DNA of 64,000 nt from Rebecca billardiae RCC1528. Lineage: Eukaryota; Protista; Haptophyta. Below the pieces are notes generated by a model. It did not search any database and was not told the origin of the DNA. It was given only the letters and a program-made list of their open reading frames with translations. Each line of letters opens with the position of its first letter. Position 1 is the first letter of the stretch. Positions 58,299 through 64,000 of the stretch are shown here, in pieces. The stretch lies in NCBI GenBank assembly GCA_965240325.2, contig OZ251241.1, forward strand, positions 930,001 through 994,000, written 5' to 3'. A program made the translations under genes and the position numbers.

Positions 58299-60427
58299 CC
58301 CGGCCCGCCGCTGGTGGCCGAGCTCCCAGCTCGCTCGACGAGGGTGGCAGCACCGCGCACTGGTCATTCGTGGAGTGGGTTTGGTGGGTCGAGCCATCGA
58401 CTTGTCGTCGTAAGCTCCCCGTCAGATCTGAGACTGCACCAATTCATCGGCGCAGGGCGCGGTTGAACGCCGGTAACCCGGTTGGCCACTGACAGACCCA
58501 CTGAGTGCAGGCGCAGAGGCACCGCCCGCGCTTGAGCTGCCGTGTGAACAGCGCGATCCACCTGCCGGCCTGTCGTCGATCCTCTCAGAGTTTTTGCTCA
58601 TGCCGATGTTTCACCGAGTCCGATAATAAAATTCAGCCGCCAGCTGGCATCACAGTAGGGGCGGGCCAAAGTGGCACTGTAGCGTTACTGACGGCCACGA
58701 GCGCGGGTCCTAGCGAGTGTTTAGAGCTGATTTCGGGCTGGATCATTTGCCCTCTGGAGGGGTCTGGGCCGGCCATGTAAAAAAATCAGGTGCACATACC
58801 CTGAATATAGGGCGTAACGGCTAGCATATTTACTTATTAGAATGAGCCTGAACTTATTGGAAACGGCATGTAACGGTCGTCCTATATGTGACATATAGAC
58901 CATGTCGACCTCACTTTGTTAGAGCATCTCAGCGAGATCGTTCTGAGTCCCCAGCAGCAGCAGGTCCCAACATGCGATATAGGCTGTGTACTGGCAGGCT
59001 GTCAAATATGTAGTTTCCTAGAAGCCACCGATCGTTACATACCCACTGTGTATATAGGCGCCATGCTGATGAATACAGCCTCATCTGATCTCGAGCTGCG
59101 AGATACGTTTTCAGACTGTGTATACGGCCACGCGTACGGCGTATTGCAGACATATTAGACCCAAAGCACCGGCCCCACGTCCTCAGCCCGGGAGTGCTCT
59201 CGGTCATAGTCACGGTTTAAAGTCACTCGAGCCAACCGTCACCGCTCCCTGGCCGAGACCTACGAGGCAGGTCAAATCTGTCGTCGTCGCAGTGCGGCAC
59301 AGTGCCGAGCATGCGATTCGGCAGCAAACGTCTGCTCCAGGCGGTGGCTGGCGTGTCTGCACCAAACCAGGCTGGATGGGATTGGTCCACATAGGTACGC
59401 ACTACCCTGTTCCGCGCTATTTCTGGGCTTAGGGGCGGATATTCGGCCTACAGAGGCTGATCCGGCGTTGTTCGGCGCTCCTGGCTGGCTGCGCGGAGCC
59501 CAACGGCAAGCGCCGGCGTGTGCAAGGTGTCAAGATTGAGACGGTCTCTGACGCTCCCGCCGGTCTTGGGCGCACCAGGGTGCATGAGGGCCCATCTGCA
59601 TCTGCTTCTGCAGGCATGAGCGTCACAGGGGCGCGCTTGCAGGCACGGTCGAGTGCACGTCGGACCTGTCGAATGAGCCAACCGCTGCCTGCGAGCACGT
59701 CCGCGACGTCCTGAGAGGCGAATGGGAGGCGCCCAGACGCCATCAGAGGGCACACGTGACCCATACCCAACGTACTGACCATCGCAAGTGCCACGGCAGG
59801 TGCAAACACGGGCCCTACAAGCGGAACATGACACTTGCGAGCTCCGCGGAGGTGCTGTGCGCGAGCTCGCGCCGGTCTGCTGACGGCGATTCCGGCGCAG
59901 TAGGGCAGGTTAGGCGAGCTGGGCATTCACAGACATACATGGACGATTGGTCCGAGCATCGATCTCATTGGTCCGAGTTGATCATGCGCCACACCGTGCG
60001 GTAGCGTAGCGGGCGTACGCAGCGCACCAATTCAAGCCGGCCGACGCGCGCCGCGCACGGCGCGAGGTGGCCAAGAAGCGGGTGGTGAGCCGCTGGTGGC
60101 GCAAAGGCACGGGTCAGTAGCGCCCACCAGCGTCACGCGCGCGCGCACCCGAGACCATCTCGGCGTCTCAAAGGTCGCGAGCGCGCGGCGGTCCACTGCC
60201 TCCGGCCGCTCGTGCTGGAGCGGAACCGAGCTCTGAGCGCCCGAAGGCGTCGGAGCTCGATTTTCGAGCGAGGTCCGAGAAAAAGGCTCCGCGCCACCCT
60301 AAAAGGCCGAGGGCGGAGCGAAAATGCGACGCGACTTTGCTTTTCATTTTTAAATGGGCGGTTTGGCCCCCCTAATCACAGTCACACTTCACAGCGCACT
60401 CGGTGTGACGGTTCACACCATTATTTT

Positions 60428-60456
60428 ATATAATATAATATAATATAATAATAATA

Positions 60457-60500
<44 letters not shown>
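60428..60500. repeat. (TAA)n/(TAATA)n microsatellite
   Basis: Seen directly. Confidence 0.95.
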
Positions 60501-61220
60501 GGCATAACTTAGTAGCCAGCAGCAGTTGTACGTATAGTATACTGCACTGCTATACTAATGTCTATACCAGTGCACTGTGTCATAGTACTTAGTACTCATA
60601 GTAGCCACCCTGGAGAAGTGAGTGGAGAGTGGAGTGCCGCCCGGCCCGGGCGCCCGGCCCTCGGCCTAGTCGGCCTCGGCCCGCGCGCGGCGCCGGCGCC
60701 GCCACTCCGCGGTCGGGCGGCGCGGATGATCCGATCTGAATTATTATAATTATTTAATATATTTAATTAAATTCTATATACGCGCAGTGTCAGCGAGTCA
60801 CTCTGAAGAGTGCCAATCCGATGATGAATCGTATATGATGCTTCTTAGATTCTTCTTAGTCGGAATGCGTAGCTGATAATAATTCGTCGACTTATCAGAT
60901 GTGAGATGATCACTCTGCGTCAGCCATCGTCGGCGCGCCGCTGATGAGGGATGAGCCCTGATCGCTGCCGTTGCGGTTGACGATTGTCGATTTCAGAGTC
61001 CGGGTTGAGTTGAGTCGGCCGCAAGGCGGCGCGAGTCCGCAAAGTCAGCATCGGCGACTGAAGCTTGAGCAATGAGCTTCACGCCCGAGGATGAGGTCGA
61101 CATGCGGCGGCCCGCAAACACTCGAGTCCAGCGGCTACACTTGCTCGAGCGCCGACCGCCTCCGCGCACGAACGCCAGCGCTGTCAGCAGTCGCCGTGCG
61201 TGCGACCGCCAGGCCCGCGC

Positions 61221-62006
61221 TCACAGCCGCCGCAGCTCGGTTTTGGAGTGTCGAGCGAGCCACTTGACGCACACCTTAAGCGCCGCGTGCGCCTCGAGCT
61301 CGCAGAAGGCGGCCATCATCTGCTGCTGCTCATTCACGTGCGCATCTATGTCCGACGACTTCTTGTGCTCGTCCTTGAAGGCGCGGTACTCCTCCACCAC
61401 CTTCTCCTTGGCCGCGTCGCCCACCGCCGTGCGCATCCTCGATCGATACCGCCATGACGCGCAGATCATGGAGCCCGCATGTCTCAACGCGTCGGCGTGC
61501 CCACCCTCGGCGCACCACCACTCGGAGACTCGGTCGAGCTCGAGTGGCGGGCGCTCGTGCAACCGCTCCGCAGTGCCCCCGGCGCCTGTCGGCTCCATCC
61601 CGCGCTTATACGTGCGCATGGCGTTCGAGTCCTTGCGCTGACATAGTGGGTGGTGCTTGCGATCTGGTCGCGCGCAGAACGCGTCGACCATCCGCCGCTC
61701 CTCCTCGCGCATGGCGTGAATCTCAGCCTTGGTCGGCTCGGTGAACGACTCCCCTTTTCGCGACGCGATCAGCTGCGCGCGCTCGGTCGGGTCCTTGACC
61801 CCCTGAAGCTCCTGCTTGAACTTCAGCTTCTTGCACACCGCCGAGTCTGCGTGCTCCGCCTGTGCGCACCACCACAAGATGGGCGTGTCCTCCACCTCTG
61901 ATGGCGTCGGGATGTGTCGGGAGCCCGTGGGCACCTCCGCTCCTAGCGAGCGGTGCGCGGACGCGGCCACGAGCAGCGCCGCGGCCCACGTCCCCCGAGC
62001 CCCCAT
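61221..62006 (-). CDS. Secreted protein with two copies of a Cys-paired helical repeat, function unknown
   Basis: Signal peptide, then WWCA..HAD..C...M..AFC....C twice. Confidence 0.75.
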   Translation of the reverse strand: MGARGTWAAALLVAASAHRSLGAEVPTGSRHIPTPSEVEDTPILWWCAQAEHADSAVCKKLKFKQELQGVKDPTERAQLIASRKGESFTEPTKAEIHAMREEERRMVDAFCARPDRKHHPLCQRKDSNAMRTYKRGMEPTGAGGTAERLHERPPLELDRVSEWWCAEGGHADALRHAGSMICASWRYRSRMRTAVGDAAKEKVVEEYRAFKDEHKKSSDIDAHVNEQQQMMAAFCELEAHAALKVCVKWLARHSKTELRRL

Positions 62007-62465
62007 CGGGCGCCTTAAGCCTCACTCCAGGATGGCGCCCTCGCTCGTCTCGGCCGAAAAAAGATGGCGGTGCAGAGCCCCGAGTTGAGCCGCGTGGCAA
62101 CGGTCGATCTGGGCGGATATGCTGACCTTTTGGTGCCCCCGCGGCCGCGCCAGCCCGCGCCGCAAAACGGAACCGTTGGTTGCGAGGTCGACGGTTGGTC
62201 TGTCCGTTACTCTCGTCGTCCTTAAAAAGTTACCCGCCGTGCGACTTGTGCGGGTACGGTGCCGGTTGAGAGGCCTTGGCCGTGGGGCGGCGGAGGGGCG
62301 CGGCTGGGCCAAGCCGAAGGGGGGGACTCCGGCCCTTGGCTGGGCCGCGAGCCCGGGCGGCCGGCCGGTGGAACCCGAACACTGAACACGGAGCGGCCGG
62401 TGACCACTTTCTTCTACTCGGCTTTTGAGCAGCAGTGGAACGGCGGAGTCGGGACTCCCAGCACC

Positions 62466-64000
62466 ATGCTCAGCGCGGTCGCGGTCGCGCTGTGTGTCGC
62501 GGGCGCGGGGGCGGCGAGGGGTAGGGGCAACCTGCGTGACTCGAACGTGCCCACATCCGAGCAGTTCGCCACATTCAAGGGCAAGTTCGGTAAGAGCTAC
62601 AACTCGCCCGCCGAGGAGGCGCAGGCGTTCGCAAACTGGCAGGTGAACGATGTGCTGATCGCCACGCACAACGAGCAGCCGCTGCCGTTCACGATTGGGC
62701 ACAACAAGTTCTCGGACATGTCTCCGATGCAGGTGCGGCCCCCATCTCGCGGCGTGCACGCCGCGAGCGCGCCCACCCCTGCATCGCGGCGCGTGACGGT
62801 CTGCGTGCGCGCGCCGCGCTGGTGCGCGCGCAGTTCCGCGAGGCCATGCTCACGCCTGACCTGTGGCGGCGCAAGATGGCGATGGACAAGGCGTCGCGTG
62901 CGAAGGTGGCCGTGCACAAGAAGGGCGATTACGGGCTGCACGAGATGCTGCCGCAGTCCGTCGACTGGACAGCGATGAATGCGATCACCCAGATCGAGGA
63001 TCAGGGCATGGTGCGTGCGCGCGGCCGGCAGGTGGCGGGCGGAGGGCCGCGAGAGGCGAGGGCGTGCACAGGCACGCGGGCGAGCCAAGTGACGCGTGCG
63101 CCGCGCGCCGCCCCGTCTCGGCCCCCGCGCGCGCGCGTGCGCGCGCGCGCAGTGCGCTGGGTCTTGGGCCTTCTCTGCAGTGGCGTCGATCGAGAGCGCG
63201 CACTTCATCGCGCAGGGGATGAAGGAGGAGTACCCGGTGACGAAGGTCTCGCGGCAGCAGCTGCTCGACTGCGGCTACGGCCCGGCGGGCGCGACCTACT
63301 CCGACCACGGCTGCAAGGGCGGCCTGCCCGCGCACGGCTTTGGCTGGACCCAGATGCACGGCGGCCTCTGCACGGAGGCAGACTACCCGTTCCTCTCGTC
63401 GATGGGCTACCGGCACGCGTGCCGCGTGCGCTCGTGCCAGCAGGCGGTGACCGTGAGCGGGTTCAAGGACGTGCAGAAGTTCGACGAGGACGCGCTGCAG
63501 GACGCCGTCGCGCAGCAGCCCGTCACCGTCGCGATCGCCGCGTCGATGCCCGTCTTTCAGTTCTACGAGGGCGGCGTGTTTGATGATCCGCTCGGCAAGG
63601 CATCGGTTCTGGACCACACGATGGTGGTGGTCGGGTACGGCTCGACGACGGCGGGCGTGAACTACTGGAAGCTCAAGAACTCGTGGGGCACCACGTGGGG
63701 CATGGATGGGTACATGCTGCTCAAGCGCAACGTGAACATGTGCGGCATCGCCACCATGCCCGCGTATCCGATCGGCGTGAAGGTGGTGGAGCCAGATGCA
63801 GAGGCGCCCGTGCCCGAGCCGGCGACGAACAGGCGCGGGCACAACAAGCCGCTCGACCTGCAGCCCACGACTTACGACGGCGCGTGCGCCGTGCCAGCCG
63901 ACGGTGACGTCAAGCTCACCTCGTACCCCTCGGGCAACGTGCGCCGCCCGCGCCACGCTCCGCCACCACGCGCGCGCTTCGCGCGTGCGCGTGCGCGTGC
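62466..64000 (+). CDS. Papain-family (C1A, cathepsin L-like) preproprotein with catalytic Cys replaced by Ser; 3' end outside window
   Basis: Signal peptide, I29 prodomain (FKGKFGKSY...GHNKFSDM), LPQSVDW, DQGM|CAGSWAFS, GCKGG, LDHTMVVVGYG and YWKLKNSWG. Introns at 62733-62833 and 63011-63152, probably another from 63939. Confidence 0.9.

Noticed and set aside
60940-60970. Hammerhead-like CTGATGA followed by a short stem
   Set aside because: There is no GAAA core after stem II and no flanking stems.

Overview
Very GC-rich, gene-dense eukaryotic nuclear DNA. Spliceosomal GT-AG introns are short and (CG)n-rich. Signal-plus-transit presequences on GyrB and a PsbP-domain protein, BBS5 and the actin sequence point to a flagellated alga with a complex plastid, probably a haptophyte such as a Pavlovales member (inference). 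I can support 23 protein-coding genes: TPR/Mlp1 nucleoporin (partial), TauE/SafE exporter, cystathionine gamma-synthase, HemK-like methyltransferase, a coiled-coil protein, a large GT-A glycosyltransferase, an unknown secreted protein, an Hsp110-like protein, an unknown protein, ADF/cofilin, actin, BBS5, a Siw14/OCA-like pseudophosphatase, a fatty-acid hydroxylase/sterol desaturase, a TPR-like repeat protein, a CCCH zinc-finger protein, GyrB, a Sel1+MYND protein, a fucosyltransferase-like protein, a PsbP-domain protein, a homeobox protein, a secreted Cys-repeat protein and a papain-family protein (partial). Eighteen of the 23 form nine head-to-head pairs. The pairs are separated at their 3' ends by AT-richer islands holding microsatellites, a hAT-type MITE with an 8-bp TSD, two copies of a tRNA-derived SINE, short retroposon 3' tails, two long foldback inverted repeats and oddly scrambled DNA. 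The best leads are a secreted papain homologue with a Ser-His-Asn (silicatein-type) triad paired with a novel secreted Cys-repeat protein, a possible sulfur/methionine cluster (TauE, CGS, NPPQ methyltransferase), the cofilin-actin divergent pair and a TGT-terminated, TA-associated element family. All family calls come from motif recognition by eye; no searches were run.
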